NCBI GenBank assembly: GCA_964562405.1
Contig: CAZLTC010000005.1
Location: 3,381 to 67,380 of the forward strand
Origin: an uncultured bacterium
GTDB lineage: Bacteria > Joyebacterota > Joyebacteria > Joyebacterales > Joyebacteraceae
Length of the DNA: 64,000 nt
Direction: 5' to 3'
Position numbers and translations under genes: made by a program. Below are positions 1 to 8,418 of this stretch, in pieces. A model generated the notes under the pieces. The model was not told where the DNA came from and made no database searches. It saw only the letters and a program-made list of their open reading frames with translations. Position 1 is the first letter of the stretch. The number at the start of each line of letters is the position of its first letter.

Positions 1-1056
1 AGCCGATCGTGTTGCCGCTGCTCATCGTGTCGAGGCCCAGGTTGTCGCAGAGCCAGTTGGCGTACGCGACGTGGTGGATGTCCTTCATGCCGCAGCTGCC
101 GCCGCAAAGGGCGATAGTCTCGTACTCCGGACCCTCGACGTACGTGTCCGGCTTTCCCGGGATCTTCGCGACCGAATACTTGCCGCAGTTCATCCAGCAG
201 CCGAAGCAGGCCTTGTGCGTGATGAGGATCTCCTCGGCCAGCCTCTCACCGCTGATGCTCTCCCAGTCCTCATGGTAGGTGGTCTGGAAGTTCCTCGTGG
301 GGAAACATCCGTGCTCGTTCGCCCAGCCGACGAAGAGGGCCGTTCCGTACTTCTGCCACGGCTCCATCAGAGGGTGCGTCTTCGTTCGCTGTATGATGTC
401 GTAGGTCGACTTTGTGAGTGTGGGCAGATCGTGGACCGGGAGAGACTTCGTTCCGCGGACGGCGATCGCCTTGAGCTTCTTCGAGCCCATGACGGCCCCG
501 ACGCCGCACCGTCCCGCCTGCCTTCCGAAGTCGTGAGTGATGCATGAGAAGACGACGCCGTTCTCGCCGGCGGGGCCGATCGTAGCGATCTGGAAGTCCT
601 CACCGAGGTCTTCCTTCATGCGTTTCTCGAGGTCGAGCGAGCCCATGCGCCAGTAGTCGCCGGCTGGCCGGAGCTCAACGGTGTCGTTGTCTATGTACAG
701 GTAGACGGGGTCCGGCGATATCCTCTCGAAGATGACCATGTCGTAGCCCGCGTACTTGACCTCGGCGCCCAGCATTCCGCCCATGTTCGAGTCGGCGTGA
801 CCGTTCGTGGCCGGTGAGATGCAGCCGAACCCGATCTTGGATCCACAGGGCGCGAACGAGCCGGTCAGGACGCCCGGCGCCATGATGAAGAGGTTCTCCG
901 GTCCGAGCGGGTCGGCGTCCCTCGGGACCTCGTCGTAGAGCGTCTTTGCCACAAAGCCCCTGGCGCCCATCCACTCGCGGGCGAAGTCCGGCGGCGTGGG
1001 CGTTCGCCTGATCTCACCCGTCTCCAGGTTGATGCGCAGTATCGTTCCGCCGAATC
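1..1056 (-). CDS. aor: Aldehyde:ferredoxin oxidoreductase (tungsten-containing AOR family), N-terminal 352 aa; the 3' end lies beyond the window
   Basis: Reverse-strand frame is open from ATGATG at 1056-1051 to position 1, and no listed ORF covers it because there is no stop within the window. Translation MMHGFGGTILRINLETGEIRRTPTPPDFAREWMGARGFVAKTLYDEV...APGVLTGSFAPCGSK...GPAGENGVVFSCITHDFGRQAGRCGVGAVMGSKKLKAIAVRG matches the AOR N-terminal domain. It is followed by a ferredoxin and mobB. Confidence 0.85.
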
Positions 1057-1082
1057 CATGCATCATCGCGTCCTCGATTCCT

Positions 1083-1466
1083 CTACTCGACAGCCGTGAG
1101 GGCTCCGGTGTTGCAGACCTCCGTGCACTTCATACAGAGGTTGCACATGATCGGGATCCGCACGTCCGGGTGTCTGAATATCACGCCGAACGGGCAGACC
1201 TCGACGCAGACGCCGCAGTTCGTGCATTCGTCCTCGTGAATGACGAACGCGTCCCCCTCCTTGTGGATCGCGCCCTCCGGGCACTTCTTGAAGCAGATGC
1301 CGCACTGGCTGCAGAGCTTAGGTTCGAACACTCCCGGCTCCGGGAAGTGCGGGATGATCGCGATCGAAGCCTTCTTCGGGTTGATCTCCCCGAACCGTGT
1401 TATGGCGCAGATCTGCTGACACAGCCGGCAGCCGGTGCAGTTCTCCTTCGTGACCTTGATCCTCAT
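1083..1466 (-). CDS. 4Fe-4S polyferredoxin (multiple CxxCxxCxxxCP motifs), likely the electron acceptor of AOR
   Basis: Internal Met of ORF 1083..1556(-) is preceded by GGAGG: MRIKVTKENCTGCRLCQQICA...CSQCGICFKKCP...CTNCGVCVEVCP...CNLCMKCTEVC. Four cluster-binding motifs; 26 nt upstream of the AOR start. Confidence 0.85.
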   Translation of the reverse strand: MRIKVTKENCTGCRLCQQICAITRFGEINPKKASIAIIPHFPEPGVFEPKLCSQCGICFKKCPEGAIHKEGDAFVIHEDECTNCGVCVEVCPFGVIFRHPDVRIPIMCNLCMKCTEVCNTGALTAVE

Positions 1467-1476
1467 CCATCCTCCG

Positions 1477-2127
1477 TCAGCCGCTGCGCTTCCTGGTGCA
1501 GCGAATCTGCATCGTGTCCGCTCCATCGACGCCGTCGAGCGCCGAGGCCATGCCAAGGAGCCCGGATGCCATCATGTCCTGGACGAACGCGTTCAGGCGT
1601 ATCTCCCGACCGTCCATCACGAGCGAAGTGGCCCAGATGTCCCCCGTGTCGGAGTCGGCCAGTTTCTCGATGAGGTCGCAGAGCGCGCCGGTGTCGTCAG
1701 GGGCGATCGTCTCACCCTGGAATCCGATCGGAGCTTCTCCCACGACCGCGACTACGCCCTCGAGCGCGTCGACGTCCAGGTCCCCTCCGGTCACGACTAT
1801 CTTGCTGCCGGCGAGGCCCTTGAAGCCCTCCACGAGGACGATCTCGCCGGGGAGGGAGTCGCTGATCGCGACCGTGGGGAGCGGTTGCCCCGTGGACCTT
1901 CTGAAGACGATGGTAGACGAGTCGCCAACGAGCGCTGCCGCCGCCGCGCCCGCCTTCATCAGACGGGACGTATCGGTGTCGGACGCGTCAAGTCTTGCAT
2001 CCTCATGACTGTGCTTGACGTAGCAGACAGAGCGCCCGCGTGACACGAGTTCACGAGTCGCGCGCTCGAGCAGCGACGTCTTCCCGGTCTTCTTGGAACC
2101 CACGATCTGGATCCAGAGGCGTGCCAC
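1477..2127 (-). CDS. mobB: Molybdopterin-guanine dinucleotide biosynthesis adapter protein MobB (P-loop GTPase)
   Basis: GTG start with AGGAG RBS. N-terminus MARLWIQIVGSKKTGKTSLLERATRELVSRGRSVCYVKH carries a Walker A (GSKKTGKT) typical of MobB. 10 nt upstream of the ferredoxin gene. Confidence 0.75.
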   Translation of the reverse strand: MARLWIQIVGSKKTGKTSLLERATRELVSRGRSVCYVKHSHEDARLDASDTDTSRLMKAGAAAAALVGDSSTIVFRRSTGQPLPTVAISDSLPGEIVLVEGFKGLAGSKIVVTGGDLDVDALEGVVAVVGEAPIGFQGETIAPDDTGALCDLIEKLADSDTGDIWATSLVMDGREIRLNAFVQDMMASGLLGMASALDGVDGADTMQIRCTRKRSG

Positions 2128-2193
2128 GTGTCGCTGCTCCTGGCCGGCAGTTGAGCGGTCGCAACGAACTTCCCACGTGCGATCGGTCGGTGA

Positions 2194-2856
2194 TCAGTAC
2201 TTGAATACGATGGCGGTGGCCACACCCGCGATGCTGGAGCCAATCGCCGCTAACCTGTAGGCGCGCCACGTCGCGTCGTTCCAGGCCGCCGCCGAGCGCA
2301 CCAGCGCGTCGGATGCCTTGGCTCCGGCGAGCGCCGCCGGAACGGAGAGCGCGGCGGCGATCGGGCCCTGTACGAACATGTACTCGTTCATCCTCGACGG
2401 AATGGCCCAGAACGGATTGTGGAGGACGTCGCGCGCGAAGTAGCTGAAGAGGACGAACACGGCGAATGTGAGTATAGGAGCGAGCACGACCGGGCCCAGC
2501 ACCGAGGGCCCGTGCGCGAGTCCGCGCTTTGCCGCCACGTCCGCGCGTCGCACCTCGTACAGCGTGAACCCGATGTCGAAGACGGCGCCCACCATGAGGA
2601 CCGCCGCGATCTTGCAGCCCCAGACCGGGTGCTGCAGAAGCTTGTAGACGGCCGCCATGGCTCCCATCGCGAACGTGCTGCCGGGGATGCGCCACGTTCT
2701 CCTGGCGAGCACGAGGAAGAAGACGCCCGCGGCCGTCAGTATGGGGGCGCGGGGAATCCCCGCGGCAAGCGTGAGCTCCCCGAGGCCGAGTTCCGCGAGA
2801 CCCCACAACGAGGCGAAGAGCACTAGGCTCAGGACGATGAGGCGCTTCGAGTTCAT
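2194..2856 (-). CDS. Polytopic membrane protein of unknown function (about 6 TM; possibly a small-molecule/cofactor transporter component)
   Basis: ATG at 2856 preceded by AGGAGA. Hydrophobic helices throughout (LIVLSLVLFASLWGLAELGLG..., VVLAPILTFAVFVLFSYF). Co-oriented with and upstream of mobB, the ferredoxin gene and aor. Confidence 0.55.
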   Translation of the reverse strand: MNSKRLIVLSLVLFASLWGLAELGLGELTLAAGIPRAPILTAAGVFFLVLARRTWRIPGSTFAMGAMAAVYKLLQHPVWGCKIAAVLMVGAVFDIGFTLYEVRRADVAAKRGLAHGPSVLGPVVLAPILTFAVFVLFSYFARDVLHNPFWAIPSRMNEYMFVQGPIAAALSVPAALAGAKASDALVRSAAAWNDATWRAYRLAAIGSSIAGVATAIVFKY

Positions 2857-3091
2857 TAGCGTCTCCTGTCGGGCTTGGGTTCCTGCCGCCCGGCCGTGGG
2901 CGGCCGTGGATCCGGCCACAGCAAGGGCGTCCCGAGGATCTCCCGGGGCGCGGAACCCAATACTAGCAGAACGGACACGTTGAGTAAAGACGGGCGAGTC
3001 GTGGCGATGGCATCGCGGAGCGGCCGCGCCGGCTCTCCCTTGTCCGACGATGCCCGCGGCGGAGCGGCGGAGTCAGAACCCACCGTGTTCG

Positions 3092-4321
3092 CTACCTCGG
3101 GGCGCGGAGCAGACGTCGGGCCGAACGGGGAGATGGGGGCGGGAGCAGTGACCGCGATGAAACGCAGTCTTCACAGCCCTCTCCCTTGTCGCCCAGCCGG
3201 AGCCCCCAGTCGTTGCCGTCCGGGAGGCACGGGGAGTTCGCGCAAAGGGTGATGTCGTCCGCTCCAAGATCGCAGAAGAGCGGGTCCTGGTAGAGGTTGT
3301 CGGAGTGCGTGCCGCACGGTGTGTCGGTCACGTAGTTGCCGTAGAGACACGTCTGCTGCGTGTCAGGGTCGTTCAGGCCCGCGCAGTAGACGGATCCCTC
3401 GCCCAGATTGAGCGCGATGATGCTCCTCCGAATGGTCGGGGAGGATCCGTTCTCGCAGAAGATGCCGCCTCCGTCGATCGATTCGTTGTTGACGATCGTG
3501 GCGTGCAGCAAGGAGGGCGACGAGCCGTTGAACGCGGCGCCGCCTCCGTTTCGTCCCGAGTTCCCGAGGAACGTGACCTCGTCCAGCGCCGGCGAGGAGC
3601 CGCCGCAGTACAGGCCGCCGCCGTAGAAGTCGGCGTAGTTGCGCACGAAGCTGACCTCGAGGAGCGTGGGGTCCGAGAAGATGCAGGCCATCCCTCCGCC
3701 GGAGCTCGACTCGTTCTCTATGAATGAGCAGTAGGACAGCGTCGGTTGGGCGCCGGGGTCGCAGGAGAGACCGCCGCCGCTGAAATAGGCGACGGTGTTC
3801 CGCTCGAACGTCACGCCGCTAAGGCTCGGCGACGCGCCGCTCCTGAGATACATGCCGCCGCCGTCGTCCTCCGCGGCGTTCTCGACGAAGACGACGTTCC
3901 GGATGGTGGGAGAGGCACCCGACAGATAAGCGCCACCGCCCCTGCTGGCGTAGCCGTTGGTCACCACGAACCCGTCGATTACGGCGCCCGCGCCCTCTCC
4001 GGAGTGAAGGTAGAAACCTCGTCCCAACCCCTGGCAATCGATGACGACCGAGTCACGTCCGGATGCCGTCATCAACACGATGTTCTGACCCCCGAAGTCG
4101 AGGTCGCGGTTCGCCGACCCCGTGTACGTGCCGGGCGCCACAAGGACGGTGTCACCGCTGCTGGCGGCGCTCAGGGCGGGTTGAATGCTCGTGTAGTCGC
4201 CGGCTCCCGTTGGGTCGACGAGCAGCGTCACGCTCCCGGAGGGCGCGGTAGGACTCGTGCTGGAGCAGCCGGCGACCAGCGCGAGTGCCGGTATCATGAG
4301 CATGCCGGCGCGAACGAACAT
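3092..4321 (-). CDS. Secreted lipoprotein with right-handed parallel beta-helix repeats (Chlamydia Pmp-like GGG / FxxN repeats)
   Basis: Start at the internal Met of ORF 3092..4390(-). Lipobox MFVRAGMLMIPALALVAGCSS. At least 8 tandem ~22-aa repeats containing GGG[AMLI][YF]... and F[VIL]xN (for example GGGAYLSGASPTIRNVVFVEN, GGGMYLRSGASPSLSGVTFERN). Confidence 0.7.
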   Translation of the reverse strand: MFVRAGMLMIPALALVAGCSSTSPTAPSGSVTLLVDPTGAGDYTSIQPALSAASSGDTVLVAPGTYTGSANRDLDFGGQNIVLMTASGRDSVVIDCQGLGRGFYLHSGEGAGAVIDGFVVTNGYASRGGGAYLSGASPTIRNVVFVENAAEDDGGGMYLRSGASPSLSGVTFERNTVAYFSGGGLSCDPGAQPTLSYCSFIENESSSGGGMACIFSDPTLLEVSFVRNYADFYGGGLYCGGSSPALDEVTFLGNSGRNGGGAAFNGSSPSLLHATIVNNESIDGGGIFCENGSSPTIRRSIIALNLGEGSVYCAGLNDPDTQQTCLYGNYVTDTPCGTHSDNLYQDPLFCDLGADDITLCANSPCLPDGNDWGLRLGDKGEGCEDCVSSRSLLPPPSPRSARRLLRAPR

Positions 4322-4472
4322 GCCCGGCCGCGGAGCGTTGCTGGAGGGCATCGGGTGATTCCTTTCCGGGGGGAATGGACGATGGCTCACGATTCAAACC
4401 TATCCGCGCGCCCGCCCCGTGTCAACGGCCGCACGCGGCCCCTGGCTCCGGGGAGTTCCCCGGGTCGGCTCG

Positions 4473-4501
4473 TTGACCCCCGATGTCGGGGCGGCTATAC
4501 T
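4473..4501 (+). promoter_or_regulatory. Sigma70-like promoter (TTGACC-17 nt-TATACT) for the IDH-like/leuCD-like operon
   Basis: Read directly: -35 TTGACC at 4473-4478, 17-nt spacer, -10 TATACT at 4496-4501, about 155 nt upstream of ATG 4656. Confidence 0.5.
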
Positions 4502-4655
4502 AAGAGTTCGCGCATGTCGGGCCGTCGCGCCCGGCAGTCGCCGCGCGCGGTGCGGGAGGCGCGGTGAGCGATCCGGAGCCGCGGCAGGAACGAGAGGTTC
4601 GAGAAGAGGTAGCCCTTTTGGAGCCCGCGGAGGCGGGCACGCAACGGAGGTGCGG

Positions 4656-5837
4656 ATGGCGAGGCCGACGATCGTGACGATGCCGGGAGACGGCATAGGC
4701 AGGGTGGTGCTGCCGGAGGCGTTGAGGGTTCTCGAGAAGGTCGGCTTCGAGGCCGGCTACGTGCACGCCGACATCGGGTGGGACTTCTGGATCAGCGAGG
4801 GCAACGCTCTGCCCGAGCGCACGATCAAGCTGCTCGAGAAGCACAGGGTGGGGCTCTTCGGGGCCATCACCTCGAAGCCGAAGGACAAGGCGGCGGCCGA
4901 GATCTCGCCCGAGCTCAAGGACAAGGGCTTCGTCTACTACAGCCCGATAGTGGGCCTGAGACAGCACTTCGATCTCGATATCTGCATCCGGCCCTGCCGG
5001 TCGTTCCCCGGGAACCCGCTCAACTTCATAAGAAGGAAGGGCGAGAGCTTCGAGGAACCGGTCGTCGACGTCGTCATCTTCAGGCAGAACACCGAGGGGC
5101 TCTATTCCGGAGTCGAGTGGACGAACCCTCCGGACGGGGTGCGCGCCGCGTTCGCGACGCACAAGAAGTTCGCGAAGTTCGCCGGCGTACCCGGAGAGGA
5201 CCTAGCGGTCTCGACACGCATCTTCACTCGAAACGCCTGCAAGCGCATCTGCGAGGAGGCGTTCAAGTACGCGAAGAAGTTCGGGTACAAGTCGGTGACC
5301 ATCTGCGAGAAGCCCAACGTCATCCGTGAGACGTCCGGGATGATGGAGGCCGAGGCAAAGAAGATCTCCAAGAGCTACCCGGACATCGCTCTGTGGAGCA
5401 CCAACATCGACGCGCAGATGATGTGGCTCACCAAGAACCCCGAGGACTACGGCGTCATCGTTGCCGGGAACATGTTCGGCGACATCGTGTCGGACGGCTT
5501 CGCGGGCCTGGTCGGAGGCCTCGGCTTCGCCAACAGCGCCAACATCGGGAAGGACTGCGCGGTCTTCGAGCCTACGCACGGCTCCGCCCCGAAGTACGAG
5601 AAGCTCAACCCCTCCATCGTGAACCCGATGGCCATGGTCCTCTCCGCGTGCATGATGCTCGACCACCTCGACGAGAGCGACAAGGCCCAGGCGATACGCG
5701 ACTCGATATCGGAGGTCATCGCCGACGGTTCCGTCCGCACCTACGACATGATGAAGCTCCGGGGCGGTCCCGACGCGATCAAGCAGGGAGCGGCGACGAC
5801 GCAGCAGATGACCGACGCCATCATCGCCCGCCTGTAG
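4656..5837 (+). CDS. Isocitrate/isopropylmalate dehydrogenase family protein (prokaryotic NADP-IDH-like; could be homoisocitrate dehydrogenase)
   Basis: ATG 4656 with GGAGG RBS. MARPTIVTMPGDGIGRVV..., GAITSKPKDK...SPIVGLRQHFDLDICIRP...VVDVVIFRQNTEGLYSGVEW resembles the IDH substrate-binding region. Followed by aconitase-family LeuC/LeuD-like genes. Confidence 0.7.
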   Translation: MARPTIVTMPGDGIGRVVLPEALRVLEKVGFEAGYVHADIGWDFWISEGNALPERTIKLLEKHRVGLFGAITSKPKDKAAAEISPELKDKGFVYYSPIVGLRQHFDLDICIRPCRSFPGNPLNFIRRKGESFEEPVVDVVIFRQNTEGLYSGVEWTNPPDGVRAAFATHKKFAKFAGVPGEDLAVSTRIFTRNACKRICEEAFKYAKKFGYKSVTICEKPNVIRETSGMMEAEAKKISKSYPDIALWSTNIDAQMMWLTKNPEDYGVIVAGNMFGDIVSDGFAGLVGGLGFANSANIGKDCAVFEPTHGSAPKYEKLNPSIVNPMAMVLSACMMLDHLDESDKAQAIRDSISEVIADGSVRTYDMMKLRGGPDAIKQGAATTQQMTDAIIARL

Positions 5838-5918
5838 GGGCGGAGCGGGACCGCGAAGGCGATCGGAGGCGGCAAGCGCCGCCCACCGATCGGCCGGACA
5901 CGGCCGGGGAGCAAGCTC

Positions 5919-7181
5919 ATGGGAATGACATTCGCGGAGAGGGTGCTCGCGCGCGCCGCCGGGCTCACGGAGGTCGTGCCGGGACAGATCGTCGCCGTGC
6001 GCCCCGACCACCTACTGACGCACGACAACACCTCGGCCATCATCGGCAAGATCGAGGAGGACCTGGACGCGTACGGAGTGGTGAGCAGGGACCTGCCGAT
6101 CATCGTGCTCGACCACGTCGTCCCCGCGGCAAACGAGAAGACCGCAACGGGCCACAGCAAGGTGCGCGAGTTCGTGCGGAAGCACGGGCTTCGGAACTTC
6201 TACGACGCGGGCACCGGCGTGTGCCACCAGGTTGTAGTCGAGAAGGGCCATGCGCTCCCGGGCGCCATCCTTGTCGGCAGCGACTCCCATACGTGCTCGT
6301 ACGGCGCGGTCAACGCGTTCTCGACCGGCATAGATAGGACCGAGGCGGCGGCGCTGCTCCTGACGGGGGAGACGTGGTTCAGGGTGCCGTCGAGTGTGAA
6401 GATCACGCTCGAGGGAGCCCTCAAGCCCCCGGTGTCCGCAAAGGATCTCATCCTCACGATCATCGGCGACATCTCGGCGGGCGGGGCGACCTACCAGGCC
6501 GTGGAGTTCCACGGCGCGATCGCGTCCCTGTCGGTCGACGACCGCTTCGTCATAGCAAACATGGGAATAGAGATGGGCGCGAAGGTCGCCGTCTTCCCGT
6601 TCGACGAGATGACCGAGAAGTACCTGACGTCGGTGGGTGTGGACCGCGGGTCGTACGAGCCTGTGTGGGCTGACCCGGACGCTGCGTACGCCCGCGAACT
6701 GACCTACGACCTGTCGGCCATCGAGCCCGTGGTCGCCTTCCCGCACAAGGTCGACAACGTGAAGAAAGTCTCGGAGACCGAGGGGCTGGAGTTCCATCAG
6801 GCGCTCCTGGGTACGTGCACCAACGGGCGCGGGTCGGACCTGCGTGCGGCCGCGAAGATCCTGGACGGCAAGAAGGTATCGCCGTCCGTTCGCTTGCTCG
6901 TCCTGCCCGCGTCCCGCAGCGTGCTCGAGGATATTCTGGCGGACGGGACGCTCGAGAAGCTCGTGCGCGCGGGCGCGATGGTGCTGCCGACCGGATGCGG
7001 ACCGTGCCTTGGAGCGCACCAGGGTGTCCTCGCGCCGGGCGAGCGCTGCCTCTCGACGGCGAACCGGAACTTCAAGGGACGCATGGGCTGCAAGGAAGCA
7101 GAGATCTATCTGGCGAGCCCCGAGACCGTAGCGGCGTCGTCGCTGACTGGAAGGCTTACTGACCCGCGGAAGGTCGCCTGA
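5919..7181 (+). CDS. leuC: 3-isopropylmalate/homoaconitate dehydratase large subunit (aconitase family, archaeal-type about 420 aa)
   Basis: 420 aa; GSDSHTCSYGAVNAFSTGI, TCTNGRGSDLRAAAKIL, GCGPCLGAHQGVLAPGERCLSTANRNFKGRMG match aconitase-family Fe-S ligand motifs. RBS GGGGAG. Confidence 0.85.
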   Translation: MGMTFAERVLARAAGLTEVVPGQIVAVRPDHLLTHDNTSAIIGKIEEDLDAYGVVSRDLPIIVLDHVVPAANEKTATGHSKVREFVRKHGLRNFYDAGTGVCHQVVVEKGHALPGAILVGSDSHTCSYGAVNAFSTGIDRTEAAALLLTGETWFRVPSSVKITLEGALKPPVSAKDLILTIIGDISAGGATYQAVEFHGAIASLSVDDRFVIANMGIEMGAKVAVFPFDEMTEKYLTSVGVDRGSYEPVWADPDAAYARELTYDLSAIEPVVAFPHKVDNVKKVSETEGLEFHQALLGTCTNGRGSDLRAAAKILDGKKVSPSVRLLVLPASRSVLEDILADGTLEKLVRAGAMVLPTGCGPCLGAHQGVLAPGERCLSTANRNFKGRMGCKEAEIYLASPETVAASSLTGRLTDPRKVA

Positions 7182-7245
7182 GCGCCGTGTGCAACCGAGC
7201 GCGAGGCTACGGGAAGGCCGGCGCCCGATGCTCAAGGAGATCAAG

Positions 7246-7731
7246 ATGAGAGTCTGGAGATACGGGGACGACATCAACACGGACATGCTCTTCCCCGGCA
7301 AGTACACGTACACGTGCGCGACGCCGGAGGAGATCAGGCCCCATCTTCTGGAGGACCTCGACCCGGAGTTCGCCTCCGCCGTCAGACCCGGCGACATCAT
7401 CCTCGCTGGTGACAACTTCGGGTGCGGCAGTTCGCGCGAGCAGCCGGTGCTCGGGCTCAAGGACGTCGGGATCGAGGCGGTGGTGGCGGGGAGCTTCGCG
7501 CGGATATTCTACCGCGCCGCGATAAACCAGGGTCTGGTTCTCGTCGAAGCGCCGGCGGCCGTGGCCGCCTATAAGGACGGCGACGAGGTCTCGCTAGACG
7601 TCGAGCGCGGGAAGGTCGTCGTGGGCAGCAGGGAGTTCAGCTTTCCGCCGCTACCCGCCGAGATACTGGCGATACGGGATGCGGGCGGGCTCTTGCCGTA
7701 CGCGCGGAAGAAGCTCGCAGCGGCGAAGTAG
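7246..7731 (+). CDS. leuD: 3-isopropylmalate/homoaconitate dehydratase small subunit (LeuD-like)
   Basis: ATG 7246 preceded by AAGGAG. MRVWRYGDDINTDMLFPGKY...GDNFGCGSSREQPVLGLKDVGIEAVVAGSFARIFYRAAINQG is a typical LeuD/aconitase swivel domain. Confidence 0.85.
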   Translation: MRVWRYGDDINTDMLFPGKYTYTCATPEEIRPHLLEDLDPEFASAVRPGDIILAGDNFGCGSSREQPVLGLKDVGIEAVVAGSFARIFYRAAINQGLVLVEAPAAVAAYKDGDEVSLDVERGKVVVGSREFSFPPLPAEILAIRDAGGLLPYARKKLAAAK

Positions 7732-7743
7732 GAAGGAGAAGAC

Positions 7744-8286
7744 ATGCCGGGAAGAGATGCGGTGAGGAAGGCACTGCCGGAGCTCGAACTCATCAAGGAC
7801 CAGTCCTTGCGGGAGAAGACGCTCGACGTCTGGATCGACGCTATGGAGCAGGGCGGATGGGAGGTGGACGACCTCGACAGAATCCCGTTCACGCTGCTGA
7901 TAGACACGGGCGTGAGCTTCCTGGGCCACACGCGGTCGGTCACCCGCACCGCGGTCGCCATTGCCGAGACGATGGCGGGCTTCTACGGCGACAAGATGCC
8001 GATCGACATGGACCACCTGGTGTCCGGCGGGATCCTGCACGATGTGGGCAAGCTCCTCGAGTACAAGCGTGACGGAGGAAAGTACGTGAAGAGCGCCATC
8101 GGCAAGGACCTTCGCCACCCGTTCTCCGGCACCGCCCTGGCGTTCAAGCACGGCGTCCCCTCTGACATCTGCCACCTCATAGCGGCTCACGCCAAGGAGG
8201 GTGACGGTGCCAGGCGCATGCCGGAGGCGCACATCATTCACCACGCTGACTTCGCGAACTTCGAGTCGCTGAAGTCGCTGCTCTAG
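7744..8286 (+). CDS. HD-domain (HDIG-type) metal-dependent phosphohydrolase
   Basis: 180 aa; ...FLGHTRSVTRTAVAIAETMA...LVSGGILHDVGKLLEYK...HLIAAHAKEG fit the H...HD...H...H...D pattern of an HD domain. 12 nt after leuD. Confidence 0.7.
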   Translation: MPGRDAVRKALPELELIKDQSLREKTLDVWIDAMEQGGWEVDDLDRIPFTLLIDTGVSFLGHTRSVTRTAVAIAETMAGFYGDKMPIDMDHLVSGGILHDVGKLLEYKRDGGKYVKSAIGKDLRHPFSGTALAFKHGVPSDICHLIAAHAKEGDGARRMPEAHIIHHADFANFESLKSLL

Positions 8287-8325
8287 ACGAGCACAGGAGA
8301 GCTTGGCACGACAGAGATGGGCACG

Positions 8326-8378
8326 ACAGACCGCCTGGACCGGCGAAACTTGCCTGGTTCGGCGGTCTGTGCTATAAT
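8326..8378 (+). promoter_or_regulatory. Palindrome (10-bp arms ACAGACCGCC / GGCGGTCTGT) overlapping a sigma70-like promoter (TTGCCT-17-TATAAT) upstream of the S8 protease gene; the hairpin may also terminate the upstream operon
   Basis: Read directly: arms at 8326-8335 and 8361-8370, extendable to about 14 bp with one bulge. -35 TTGCCT at 8350-8355 and -10 TATAAT at 8373-8378. Confidence 0.45.
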
Positions 8379-8418
8379 AGCGCTCATGGTGACATAGGGT
8401 ATCTGCGCGGAGGCAGCC

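Noticed and set aside
5393-6337. 314-aa plus-strand ORF overlapping the IDH-like and leuC-like genes
   Set aside because: Extreme Arg/Gly/Pro content (GC-frame artifact) and it overlaps two well-supported genes in other frames.
6012-7460. 482-aa ORF on the minus strand antisense to leuC-like/leuD-like
   Set aside because: Arg/Pro/Gly-rich low-complexity translation typical of out-of-frame reading in 70 % GC DNA. It overlaps well-supported plus-strand genes and has no domain-like motifs.
7744-8286. HD-domain protein considered as a Cas3/defence-type nuclease
   Set aside because: Only 180 aa with an HDIG-type motif set and no helicase or Cas neighbours. It is more likely a small phosphohydrolase tied to the upstream metabolic operon.
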